A stretch of 64,000 bases of DNA. Origin: a virus. Below the pieces are notes generated by a model. It was given only the letters and a program-made list of their open reading frames with translations, did no database searches and had not been told where the DNA came from. The stretch is taken from IMG/VR virus record IMGVR_UViG_3300031977_002889. One strand, 5' to 3'. The translations under genes and the position numbers were made by a program. Shown here one piece after another: positions 18,238 to 27,106 of the stretch. Position 1 is the first letter of the stretch; each line of letters opens with the position of its first letter.

Positions 18238-18851
18238 CCTTTTTTCCTCGCAACCTCTGCTTTACGAATAGCTGGGAACATCTTTGTCGCCAACCTATCT
18301 ATTCGTGATTTCATTTTATCTAAACGCTTTTCGATTTCTTGACGACGTGCAAAATTCAATTCGCCTTTTGGAATATCACGAGTAAGTTTCTTAAGGATTG
18401 CGGTACGGGCTGCTCTGCGTGCACGTTTTACGAGCTTATCTTTTGGTGCCATTTTACGCATAGCTCTACGTCTTCCCATTGCAATGCGAGCTTTCGCTTT
18501 CTTCATTGCACGAGAACGCTTTAATCTTTGTTGTACACTGAGAGCTTCGTGAAAACCTTTACCGTCGCAATGATCACAACCTTTACCATTGCATTCTGGA
18601 CATTCAGTTTTCTCAGAATATTCTTTTACCCAATTTTTTCCGTTGGGATCATATGCATCATATTGGCAATTATTTTCTTTTGTTGGTTGACCAAACTTAT
18701 CGCCACAATTTTTGCAGCACATGCCTTCCATTGAAGCTTCGGTTGGATCACCTGCTCCACGGCGTTTCCGCTTGTATGCGTTGTATTTTTCCTGGTCTGT
18801 AGCGCCAGGTTTATAGTCTACGGACATATAGTCCTTAAAGCCTATTGGCAT
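18234..18851 (-). CDS. Basic protein with Zn-finger segment
   Basis: CKNC, CPECNGKGCDHCDGKG; Arg/Lys-rich C-terminus. Confidence 0.6.
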   Translation of the reverse strand: MPIGFKDYMSVDYKPGATDQEKYNAYKRKRRGAGDPTEASMEGMCCKNCGDKFGQPTKENNCQYDAYDPNGKNWVKEYSEKTECPECNGKGCDHCDGKGFHEALSVQQRLKRSRAMKKAKARIAMGRRRAMRKMAPKDKLVKRARRAARTAILKKLTRDIPKGELNFARRQEIEKRLDKMKSRIDRLATKMFPAIRKAEVARKKG

Positions 18852-18853
18852 CT

Positions 18854-20077
18854 TTATCTCCCCGGTTTATCCCATCCTTTTATAATGTTTGGTGAAAAGT
18901 TGGCATAGGAAAATTCTAACCTATCAACTATTTTCACCGCATCACCACCAAGTTTATCTATTGCAACGTAACCTTCTTGGCCTGTTGTACGATAACCTTT
19001 TTTTGTTTTTAAAAACGTTTGCGTATTATTTAGTTTATTAAGTATATTTATAATTTTTAATTTCGCCAAAACGATAACTTTTTGCAAATCGAACATTAAT
19101 TTTAGCGATTTTTTATTGGCAGGACTAAAAAACTTTAATATTTCTTCTCGTCTTTGATCGACAGCTAATTGTCCTCGTGCCGATTTACGTGCCATTCTCT
19201 CACGGTCAAATTTTTGGTTGATCCATTTGATAAGGTTATTTGTATGTTGTGTTGTATTTCCCACGACTTCACCTTTTCTGACGAAGGTGTTGTTGAAGGT
19301 TTCCACCATTTGAGCAAGCTTATCATTGGCTTCCAACTGCCGAAGAGTTGTACCACTGATTTGATTGAAAATTTTTCCGGCCTGAGACAAATAACCATTA
19401 ACTTCCTCCGTGTCTTTTTTAGACATAGTATAACGAGTCATATCCCTAAGCGTTGCGTCTTGGCTCCACACATTTCGGCTTGGCTTAAGCTTAGAGGCGT
19501 CAACTCCGTACGAAGCTTTGAGAGACTCGAAGGTGTTACCCGTATAGGCTGTATGCCAGACAATTCCAATTTTTGATTTCTTAACATCGCGAGCTCCATC
19601 CGACTCAGCTGGCAACGCATAGACGATAGTATTAGGATGAAATGTAACATATTTCTTTCCTTTAATTTTTTGTGTTTTTACATCACCTGGTCCAAAAAGG
19701 AAATCGCCTTGAATAATTCCTTTAATACCCAATGCAGGTAATTCTTTTAATGCTGCTTTTAGTTTGACATTCAAATCACCCGAAGTGTCAGCGTCAACAT
19801 CAGCAGGAGTTTTGTAAACTTTAGGATTTTTGTTAAAGATACCTTTTTTAGCGACAAAAAACTTTCCGTCACGAGGATCAGTACCAGCAAATATAGCAGG
19901 AGCACCATCCCATTTAACAGTAACATTTCCATCTTTAACACCACCTAATGTATCTCTTAGCATTCGTAAAGCAAGAATTGCATCACGTGTTCCTTTGACT
20001 CCACCGTAGAGAACTTTATCCTCTATGTGAGTCATATGTGTATTCTTTTGTTCCGTTATATATTCTTTAAAGCTCAT
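18854..20077 (-). CDS. Conserved phage protein (DUF6267-like) with polynucleotide-ligase-like motifs
   Basis: KWDG, QGDFLF, EGYVA, AVKIVDR. Confidence 0.65.
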   Translation of the reverse strand: MSFKEYITEQKNTHMTHIEDKVLYGGVKGTRDAILALRMLRDTLGGVKDGNVTVKWDGAPAIFAGTDPRDGKFFVAKKGIFNKNPKVYKTPADVDADTSGDLNVKLKAALKELPALGIKGIIQGDFLFGPGDVKTQKIKGKKYVTFHPNTIVYALPAESDGARDVKKSKIGIVWHTAYTGNTFESLKASYGVDASKLKPSRNVWSQDATLRDMTRYTMSKKDTEEVNGYLSQAGKIFNQISGTTLRQLEANDKLAQMVETFNNTFVRKGEVVGNTTQHTNNLIKWINQKFDRERMARKSARGQLAVDQRREEILKFFSPANKKSLKLMFDLQKVIVLAKLKIINILNKLNNTQTFLKTKKGYRTTGQEGYVAIDKLGGDAVKIVDRLEFSYANFSPNIIKGWDKPGR

Positions 20078-20084
20078 TTGTCTA

Positions 20085-20855
20085 CTATCCGTCCGTAACT
20101 AATACTATATCAAATGATGATGAAATTGTTGAACCGGCTGATGCAATTGCTCTGATTTCCACATCTGTTTTTGGCGGAAGGCGAATTGGAATTTGATAAT
20201 CTCGAGTATGAAAACCACCAGGAACATCCATAATATCTCTTGTTCTAAATGCTCCAGCAACGGCTTCAATTTGTCTCGTAAATAGTGTTGCAGTTGCTGA
20301 AGAGTTATAAGCGCCAACTCCAACATTCCATTTAGTTAAATATCCAGTGCAGTGAGCTGGAACAGTATAAAGACCTAACATTGTTTGACCTAGACCATAA
20401 GTCGTACCAGTTCCAATAAGACCAATATCAGCTAATATTGTACCAGTGCCACCTGCTCCTGTTGATATCCTTATATTACCTTCATTTGTTCCAGTTGAAC
20501 CTGAAGATGCAACAAACGCACGAAATATTCTCAAAAAATTAGTAGTACCTACAAGATTGTTAACTGGCTGAGTCGCTTCAATCTGATTGTAATTTTCATC
20601 CAATCCTAGGATCGTTACCGTTCGTGCTCCATTTCCAGTTGGATTATCATCTGCATCGTCACTTGAAACAAAAACTGGAAATGGAGAAGTAAGGTAGGTA
20701 TAAAGACCGCCTTGTTGCCATATTGTTTCAGGAATACCTCCTATATTTGGATTACGTCCAAACTTGTGAATGACATCAGTCTTAAGTACCATTCCATTCG
20801 AAATGTCAACCATCTCGGCTAGATCAGAATTTGCAAAGTGTCTTTGTATTGGCAT
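20085..20855 (-). CDS. Hypothetical beta-rich, probably structural protein
   Basis: Gly/Thr-rich; KFGRNP, GARTVTILGLD, YTVPA. Confidence 0.55.
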   Translation of the reverse strand: MPIQRHFANSDLAEMVDISNGMVLKTDVIHKFGRNPNIGGIPETIWQQGGLYTYLTSPFPVFVSSDDADDNPTGNGARTVTILGLDENYNQIEATQPVNNLVGTTNFLRIFRAFVASSGSTGTNEGNIRISTGAGGTGTILADIGLIGTGTTYGLGQTMLGLYTVPAHCTGYLTKWNVGVGAYNSSATATLFTRQIEAVAGAFRTRDIMDVPGGFHTRDYQIPIRLPPKTDVEIRAIASAGSTISSSFDIVLVTDG

Positions 20856-20858
20856 AGT

Positions 20859-21917
20859 TTACCTGTACTTGAAATCACACATAAGACGAGTTGGGTATCC
20901 ATCCTTGCCTTGCGTATCTCTTAAATTGAGTTTAAATGTATATGTTGGGGATTGCATTTCGATATCAATACGTTTACCCTTACCGCCTTTACCGCCGTAA
21001 TAGATAACTGGTGCATTTACAGTAGCAGCACGCTTCATAGCCTTTTCATCCATTTTCTTAGATAAAATTTTACCAGTAAGTTTATGTATAATATGATAAT
21101 TAAATCCAATACCAGATTGTAGAAGACGATTCATTCCAGCTTTATCGAATCTTGGTCGACGATCTACTGAACCTTTATGTGTACCATTAAAGACTTCGCA
21201 AAACTTAGTCTCATCAATACCAAATAGCTTTAGAAGTTTTTTACCATCTTTATTTGTAATACTTCCATTCTCGATTTCTTTACGAGTCAAAACTGTTTTT
21301 ACACCAACGTTAAAGAACGTAGTAGTTCCACCAAGTTTTAATGAAAGGAAAATAGGACCTTTATCTGTGGTAACGGTAATATCAGTAACTGATTTACCTA
21401 CATCATATCCACGGCCTTTAGGATTTGTTAGCTGAATGTTTGGTGTAAATACTAATGGACGTCTTGTATTCTCACCACCTACAACATCAACCTTAAATGT
21501 CTTTGAATCTTCAATCTTATAAGTGTTGTTCATATCCTCAATTGCTGCAAGCATCTTTCCATCAGATACTTCTTCACCAGCCCACCATTTTAGAAGTGCA
21601 TCTGCAAATTGAGGTTCAAATAAATTACCGCGGTTATTTGCACCGCGGTTGCCTGAAGATCCATTACCAAACTTAAGTTTTAAAATATTAATGTCAGCTT
21701 TTTGATTAATCTGTTTAATAGTATAATCACCATCAATCATACGTGAAACATTAACATTTACTTTTTTGGCCAAATCCAAATTAATTGGAGTATCAGCTTT
21801 ATTTCTGAGCAAACTAAATAGACGTTTTACTTCCTCAATATTTGGCTGAGGAAATTTATTATCAGCAAGAGTCTTTTGAATTTCCTCAGTCGATTTAGGA
21901 AAAAAAGTATATGCCAT
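20859..21917 (-). CDS. Putative PD-(D/E)xK nuclease-like protein
   Basis: GNLFE...TDITVTTDKGPIFLSLK; late promoter upstream. Confidence 0.5.
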   Translation of the reverse strand: MAYTFFPKSTEEIQKTLADNKFPQPNIEEVKRLFSLLRNKADTPINLDLAKKVNVNVSRMIDGDYTIKQINQKADINILKLKFGNGSSGNRGANNRGNLFEPQFADALLKWWAGEEVSDGKMLAAIEDMNNTYKIEDSKTFKVDVVGGENTRRPLVFTPNIQLTNPKGRGYDVGKSVTDITVTTDKGPIFLSLKLGGTTTFFNVGVKTVLTRKEIENGSITNKDGKKLLKLFGIDETKFCEVFNGTHKGSVDRRPRFDKAGMNRLLQSGIGFNYHIIHKLTGKILSKKMDEKAMKRAATVNAPVIYYGGKGGKGKRIDIEMQSPTYTFKLNLRDTQGKDGYPTRLMCDFKYR

Positions 21918-21939
21918 TTGATTTGTACTCCTTTTCCTA

Positions 21940-21947
21940 TATTTATA
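21940..21947 (-). promoter_or_regulatory. T4-type late promoter heading the 21.9-11.7 kb block
   Basis: TATAAATA followed by AAGGAG RBS. Confidence 0.75.
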
Positions 21948-21952
21948 TAGTT

Positions 21953-22132
21953 TTAATCGTAGAAGTTTTGGAAAGCTTTTATATTTGTTGATGTTCCAGA
22001 TACAGTAATTTCTGGATTTCCACCACCAGGGCCTTCAGTTATCCACGATTCTAATTTCAACTCGAATCTATCTAAGAGTTGTAGGAATTCGTGTAAAGGA
22101 CAATCGTAAGCGATATCGAATGTATAAGACAT
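21953..22132 (-). CDS. Small hypothetical protein (59 aa, not in ORF track)
   Basis: MSYTFDIAYDCPLHEF...GPGGGNPEITVSG. Confidence 0.6.
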   Translation of the reverse strand: MSYTFDIAYDCPLHEFLQLLDRFELKLESWITEGPGGGNPEITVSGTSTNIKAFQNFYD

Positions 22133-22147
22133 GGTTTTGACTTTCGT

Positions 22148-22312
22148 TTAGTTTGAGTAAGCGTTGCGAAGGATAGCTTGAGTTTTAGAACGTTTATTTA
22201 AATAATATTGTGGTTTTGATTTTTTATATTTTGATGTGGGAATTTTTGTAATTGTGATATGAGAAGGGATTGGTGTATTAGGGATGATTTTTTGATGAGA
22301 GTTAAGTGTCAT
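22148..22312 (-). CDS. Small basic protein (54 aa) encoded by a G-free transcript segment
   Basis: AAGGAG RBS; MTLNSHQKIIPNTPIPSHITITKIPTSKYKKSKPQYYLNKRSKTQAILRNAYSN. Confidence 0.55.
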   Translation of the reverse strand: MTLNSHQKIIPNTPIPSHITITKIPTSKYKKSKPQYYLNKRSKTQAILRNAYSN

Positions 22313-22340
22313 TTGTTTCTCCTTTTTAATCTCTAATACC

Positions 22341-22380
22341 TTTCTACCATAAAAAAAGGGAGTTGTAAACCCCCTTTTTT
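22341..22380 (-). terminator. Bidirectional terminator overlapping an early promoter
   Basis: A7-GGG..CCC-T6 hairpin containing GTTTACA (-35); TGGTAGAAA downstream. Confidence 0.6.
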
Positions 22381-22400
22381 CACTTTATATGATTTTTTTT

Positions 22401-22874
22401 CTAAAATCTACCAAGAAACTTTGCAATATATCCTACAAATGGTAGTAACGAGAGAGCCATTAATAAGTTCATGCCCGTGTGGGCCATGGCTATTCGAAGA
22501 GTATCACCTCGAGGCCATCCATCTGAGACGAAAAAGCCAGCTAACCATATCGTACCTGTGGTACCAATGTTAGCGCCTAATACTGCTGCAACTGCTGCTG
22601 GAAGTGGTAAAGCTCCAGATGCAACTAAAGCAATGATTGCTGTTGTTGATAACGATGATGATTGCCAAAGGAGAGTCATAACGATTCCTCCAATGAACAT
22701 GTATATTGGACTACCTAAAAAGAATTGTAGATGGTCCATATTTCCCATTGACTTCATTCCACCCGAGAATGTTTTGAGGCCAATGTAAAAAATCACCAGT
22801 CCAACAAGAGCGGTGATTACAGGATTTCCTAGATCCATTTTCTTTACCTTTTTCCAGAGTTTGGTTGTTGACAT
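22401..22874 (-). CDS. Na+/phosphate cotransporter family membrane protein (single repeat)
   Basis: WQSSSLST and LGANIGTT signature motifs. Confidence 0.85.
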   Translation of the reverse strand: MSTTKLWKKVKKMDLGNPVITALVGLVIFYIGLKTFSGGMKSMGNMDHLQFFLGSPIYMFIGGIVMTLLWQSSSLSTTAIIALVASGALPLPAAVAAVLGANIGTTGTIWLAGFFVSDGWPRGDTLRIAMAHTGMNLLMALSLLPFVGYIAKFLGRF

Positions 22875-22948
22875 GTCGTATCCTTAAAAACTATTAAAGA
22901 GGCGTAACTATCTACCCCTCTTTAATTCAAAACTATGTAACAGGTATA

Positions 22949-23128
22949 TTAATTTTTTTTCTGTGAATTGAATTTTTGTTCCTGTTCTTTACGTTCTCGT
23001 TTTAGTGCTTGTTTTACACCAAATTGACGACGTCTTTCACGTTCTTTTGGATCATAAGCTTCATAACCAGAGATTCCCCAATCTTTGGCCCACATGCCAA
23101 TCTGATCAGGATCATGTTTTTTAGCCAT
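22949..23128 (-). CDS. Small hypothetical protein (59 aa, not in ORF track)
   Basis: MAKKHDPDQIGMWAKDWGISGYE...; overlaps upstream stop. Confidence 0.55.
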   Translation of the reverse strand: MAKKHDPDQIGMWAKDWGISGYEAYDPKERERRRQFGVKQALKRERKEQEQKFNSQKKN

Positions 23129-23345
23129 TATTAATTGCCTTCAATTGTTGTACTAAATCTACTCGCTGTTCTGGCGTAGAATTTTGTAATTGAAGTCTAG
23201 CTTGATAAAGACGTTCTAATCTTTTTCGAGTACCTTTATCTTTTTTCCTACGCTTTTCTAAAATTCGAATTTCTGATTCAATTCGAGGGAGGCCCAGAGC
23301 CATAGTCTGGACATCCCGATTTACGCTTCGCTGTACGCGATCCAT
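23121..23345 (-). CDS. Hypothetical protein
   Basis: Translationally coupled ORF. Confidence 0.6.
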   Translation of the reverse strand: MDRVQRSVNRDVQTMALGLPRIESEIRILEKRRKKDKGTRKRLERLYQARLQLQNSTPEQRVDLVQQLKAINNG

Positions 23346-23581
23346 TATGCTGCCTCCGTTTTGGTCATTTTAGCAACCGTCTCTGAAAAATCCATATCAG
23401 GATATGCTTTTTGATATGCTGCTATTAGTCCAGCAATTCTATTTGAAAAAACTAAAGTAGCATCCATAGTATTATAATCCCATTTCTTTTGATTATCATA
23501 TATGTCCTGTTCAAGTTGTTTATCTATAGGATCTTCAATTGAGTCTATGATTTCTTGTCGAGACATTTTGAAAATATCCAT
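23345..23581 (-). CDS. Hypothetical protein
   Basis: Translationally coupled ORF. Confidence 0.6.
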   Translation of the reverse strand: MDIFKMSRQEIIDSIEDPIDKQLEQDIYDNQKKWDYNTMDATLVFSNRIAGLIAAYQKAYPDMDFSETVAKMTKTEAA

Positions 23582-24537
23582 TATGCTGCCTCCGCAAATT
23601 CGAGGGCAGTTTGCAATGCTCGACTCTTACGTGATTGGTTATCACCAAACCATGATGAGTAAAGACGATTATCTTCATTACGACCTTGAACATGGTCAGT
23701 TACATATGTGACTGCATTAAATGCTTGCCACCATGAACCTTCGGCATATTGTGCACCGGGCTGTGACTCAAGGTTATCCATACATAATTTAGCATTGCGT
23801 GATAGAGTATCGATCGATAGAGCCTTATCTTGTACACGCTTATCAGCTGTACGAGGCCATACAGTATTGTAATATTCGATCAATGATTCAGCAGTAAAAC
23901 GCTTAGAACCAAGAAATGAAGCATACTCTTTGTATGTTTGCATTTTTTCGGTAGCGATACCAAGTGCTTCTTTCACCTCTTCAGGATTAAACTCTGCACG
24001 GTGACCAACTTTCATTGCGATTTGTGAAGATGTATTCAACGATAAAGACAAAGTATTATGACATACAACACGAATAGGTGTGAAGCGAATATCAATTGAT
24101 TTGCCATATTGATGAGGATTTGCAAACAAGAAGTATGAATCAACTTGATCGCCTTTGAATAATTCGAATGACTCTTTGACTTTAGCCAAAGCCCAAACCA
24201 TACGACCTTCTTTCAATGAACCAGCTGTGTGCATTTCCATATCACCAGCCATTACATATTCACCAAAGAATTCAAATGCCTCTGAATTTTGTAGAGGTTT
24301 CCAGTTCTCACCGACATTAGTAAGAATTTTGCCATCAGTCTCACGTACAAGAGACTTTTGACCAGTTTTCATCTTCGATCCATTGAAGTCAATGTATGAC
24401 TCAACTTCACGAACAGTCCAATCAACACCAGCTTTTTTCATCATTTGTGCTGGTGTAAGATCATTGCTTACAGGAACTCCAAGGCCGTGCCATGGAACTT
24501 CACCTGCATATGCCATTGTTTCTACTTCATGACTCAT
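23581..24537 (-). CDS. DUF932/DUF945 family phage/plasmid protein
   Basis: PWHGLG, TAGSLKEGRMVW, TPIRVVCHNT, WQAFNAVT. Confidence 0.88.
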   Translation of the reverse strand: MSHEVETMAYAGEVPWHGLGVPVSNDLTPAQMMKKAGVDWTVREVESYIDFNGSKMKTGQKSLVRETDGKILTNVGENWKPLQNSEAFEFFGEYVMAGDMEMHTAGSLKEGRMVWALAKVKESFELFKGDQVDSYFLFANPHQYGKSIDIRFTPIRVVCHNTLSLSLNTSSQIAMKVGHRAEFNPEEVKEALGIATEKMQTYKEYASFLGSKRFTAESLIEYYNTVWPRTADKRVQDKALSIDTLSRNAKLCMDNLESQPGAQYAEGSWWQAFNAVTYVTDHVQGRNEDNRLYSSWFGDNQSRKSRALQTALEFAEAA

Positions 24538-24548
24538 AATATATCTCC

Positions 24549-24725
24549 TTATACTAGCTCAAAGCCATTTTCAATTAAATTAAAACATTCATCTGCCGTA
24601 GCATCGAATTGTTCTTGACTGCATTCTGAGAAGTTAAGACCTAGGGCAGCCATAGTATCTACGATCTTTTCTGCGTACTCGTACGTGCAGTTAAATCGTT
24701 TTTGAATTTCAAATATATATAACAT
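24549..24725 (-). CDS. Small early protein
   Basis: ATG at 24725 after the repeated GAAGGAG leader. Confidence 0.65.
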   Translation of the reverse strand: MLYIFEIQKRFNCTYEYAEKIVDTMAALGLNFSECSQEQFDATADECFNLIENGFELV

Positions 24726-24728
24726 GTG

Positions 24729-24785
24729 TTCTCCTTCATTTGATATATCTATCCTACCATATTCCATATCAAATGTAAACCCTAA
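24729..24785 (-). promoter_or_regulatory. Repeated early promoter/leader, copy 2, with 10-bp inverted repeat
   Basis: GTTTACA-N-TGGTAGGAT-N-ATATCAAATGAAGGAGAA; CATTTGATAT-N19-ATATCAAATG. Confidence 0.8.
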
Positions 24786-24797
24786 AAACGCATTTAA

Positions 24798-25454
24798 ATG
24801 AAAAAAATGGACATAAATTTTATCAAATCTACTCAACATTGTCAGCGAAACTGGGATACATCTCGGCAAATTCCTCAAGATCATATAGATCTATTAGAGG
24901 CAGCTGCTCGTTATTGTCCTAGTAAACAAAACTATGCCTTCTATAGTGTAAAATTTATTACCAATAGAAAGCTTATAGAACAAATACATGATACTACAAA
25001 TCCAGGAGGTAATGGAGGGTTTGGGGTTTTAACAGATCCAACTCAACCAACGAGTCCTGATAATATGACATTCTATACAAATCCACAAACCCTTGCTAAT
25101 CTACTCGTAGTTTTTGGATATAATATTCCTTATTCTAAACAAGCATCACTTAAAGATAAAGTAGGCCATTTTGATTATCCTTTTAAGAGAGATGCAGATA
25201 TGGCTATGGGTATTGCTCTTGGTTACTTATTTTTTGTAGCAAATTCTCTTGGTTATAAAACTGGAGGAAATGCTTGTTTTGATATTGATGCTTTACGAAC
25301 ACTTTTAACAGAAGATTTAAGTTATGATCCTGCAGTAATGATAGGTATAGGATATGCAGACGACAATAGAAATCCAAGAGAACATCATACAGATCCAACT
25401 TTTACCTTTCCAGCAAGATACAAAGAAGAAATTAAAATGGAGTACTATACATAA
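24798..25454 (+). CDS. Nitroreductase-family (FMN-binding) protein
   Basis: HCQRNWD, CPSKQN, ANSLGYKTG, IGIGY. Confidence 0.75.
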   Translation: MKKMDINFIKSTQHCQRNWDTSRQIPQDHIDLLEAAARYCPSKQNYAFYSVKFITNRKLIEQIHDTTNPGGNGGFGVLTDPTQPTSPDNMTFYTNPQTLANLLVVFGYNIPYSKQASLKDKVGHFDYPFKRDADMAMGIALGYLFFVANSLGYKTGGNACFDIDALRTLLTEDLSYDPAVMIGIGYADDNRNPREHHTDPTFTFPARYKEEIKMEYYT

Positions 25455-26134
25455 TGATACATCCTAGAAATGAGAGTACTAATAGGTACCCACTATTTAA
25501 TGAATTAATTCCGGAGTATACTTTTGATAATAACTTATTAGATTATGGAGGAAGTTCTGGTAATCTGATTTATTTTTCAAATGGTGCAATTAACGAATCT
25601 AAATATACATGCATTGATGTAGTTAAAGATGCTATCAACGCAGGGCAATCTGAATTTCCAAATGGCAACTTTATTCACTGGAACAGATATAATGAAACGT
25701 ATAATACAAATGGCATAAAAAATGAGTCGCTTCCTTTTATACCAGATCATGATTATATCTGGGGTTATAGTGTTTTTAGCCATATGATATTAGAAGACAT
25801 TATCGAAGTTATTTTATGGATGAAATCTTTAAACCCAAAAAAGATTATAATGTCATACTTAAATAATGATCATGATGATTATTCTAATTGGACTATGAAC
25901 TATTTTTACCAAAAAAGAATTGAGTCTTTCGGCGAGTGCGTAGATTTTAGAAAGAACGACGAAGATTATTTTTATCTTACTGACAATAAATACGGTAACA
26001 AAAACGGAGAATTTTTTATTGCAGTTTATAAAACAGAATGGCTATTAGAACAATTTTCGAAATATAAAATTGAAGCTAAAAAGATACACGCTATAGAAAA
26101 TAATTGGCCAATACCATTTTTAGAGATTAAATAA
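25454..26134 (+). CDS. Class I SAM-dependent methyltransferase
   Basis: LLDYGGSSGN, YTCIDV, YSVFSH. Confidence 0.75.
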   Translation: MIHPRNESTNRYPLFNELIPEYTFDNNLLDYGGSSGNLIYFSNGAINESKYTCIDVVKDAINAGQSEFPNGNFIHWNRYNETYNTNGIKNESLPFIPDHDYIWGYSVFSHMILEDIIEVILWMKSLNPKKIIMSYLNNDHDDYSNWTMNYFYQKRIESFGECVDFRKNDEDYFYLTDNKYGNKNGEFFIAVYKTEWLLEQFSKYKIEAKKIHAIENNWPIPFLEIK

Positions 26135-26883
26135 TGAATAAAATTGTATTAGTTACCGGAGGATTCGATCCTATACATTCTGGACATATTTCTTATTTAA
26201 GAGCAGCATCTCAATTAGGTAATAAATTAGTTGTAGGATTAAATACTGATGAATGGCTAGCTCGTAAAAAAGGTAGAGCTTTTTTACCATATGAAGAAAG
26301 GAAAATAATTGTTGAAGGATTAGAAATGGTCGACTGGACACTTCCTTTTAATGATGACGATGGTAGTGCTTGCGATGCAATTAATAGGATTCTCAAAGAT
26401 ACTATGGATACTGTTGTCTTTGCAAATGGAGGGGATCGCAATGGAGAGAATACTCCAGAATATATCAAATATAAAAATCACCCTGATGTAGAGTTTGCGT
26501 TTAATGTAGGTGATAAAAAAATACAGTCTTCAAGTAAGATTTTAAATCGTTGGAGAAATAACAGATTTGCAGAAAGAAATTGGGGTCAATGGAAAGTATA
26601 CGACGAAGATAAGAATTGGAAAGTAAAGCAATTACTCATTTATCCTGGTCAAGCTTTATCAAATCAAAAACACACAAAAAGAAATGAGTTTTGGCATATA
26701 CTTTCTGGTCAATGTGTGTTAAAATTAGAAGATAAAGATATTGTATTAAACACAAATGAATCATACTTAATTCCACCCAATAAATGGCATCAGGGGACAA
26801 ATATTAGTGATACGCTTTGTACTATATTAGAAATTCAGTATGGAGAAGAATGTACTGAAGATGATATTACACGAATCATTTAA
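26134..26883 (+). CDS. Cytidylyltransferase (HxGH) fused to a mannose-6-P isomerase-type cupin
   Basis: TGGFDPIHSGH, ANGGDR, QSSS; C-terminal RNWG..LSNQKH..RNEFW..EIQYG..EDDI.R. Confidence 0.85.
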   Translation: MNKIVLVTGGFDPIHSGHISYLRAASQLGNKLVVGLNTDEWLARKKGRAFLPYEERKIIVEGLEMVDWTLPFNDDDGSACDAINRILKDTMDTVVFANGGDRNGENTPEYIKYKNHPDVEFAFNVGDKKIQSSSKILNRWRNNRFAERNWGQWKVYDEDKNWKVKQLLIYPGQALSNQKHTKRNEFWHILSGQCVLKLEDKDIVLNTNESYLIPPNKWHQGTNISDTLCTILEIQYGEECTEDDITRII

Positions 26884-27106
26884 ATTTTCTATATTCAGGA
26901 TTTGGATGATCTTTTAGTCGTTCATTATATAGCTTTGCTACTATTCGTGCTGCAGTACTTTCGAAAAATCTTGGTGCTAAAGCATGAATAAAACTTGCAA
27001 CTGCCGCATAAAATAATAATCCAGAAGCATATATTGCAAATTTAAAATGGCCTAAAGTATTTGTTCCACTTTTTTTAATATGTGCTTGACATTTTTTACT
27101 TAACAT
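26876..27106 (-). CDS. Small membrane protein (DUF6356-like)
   Basis: HFKFA..FIHALAP..F..TA. Confidence 0.6.
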   Translation of the reverse strand: MLSKKCQAHIKKSGTNTLGHFKFAIYASGLLFYAAVASFIHALAPRFFESTAARIVAKLYNERLKDHPNPEYRKFK

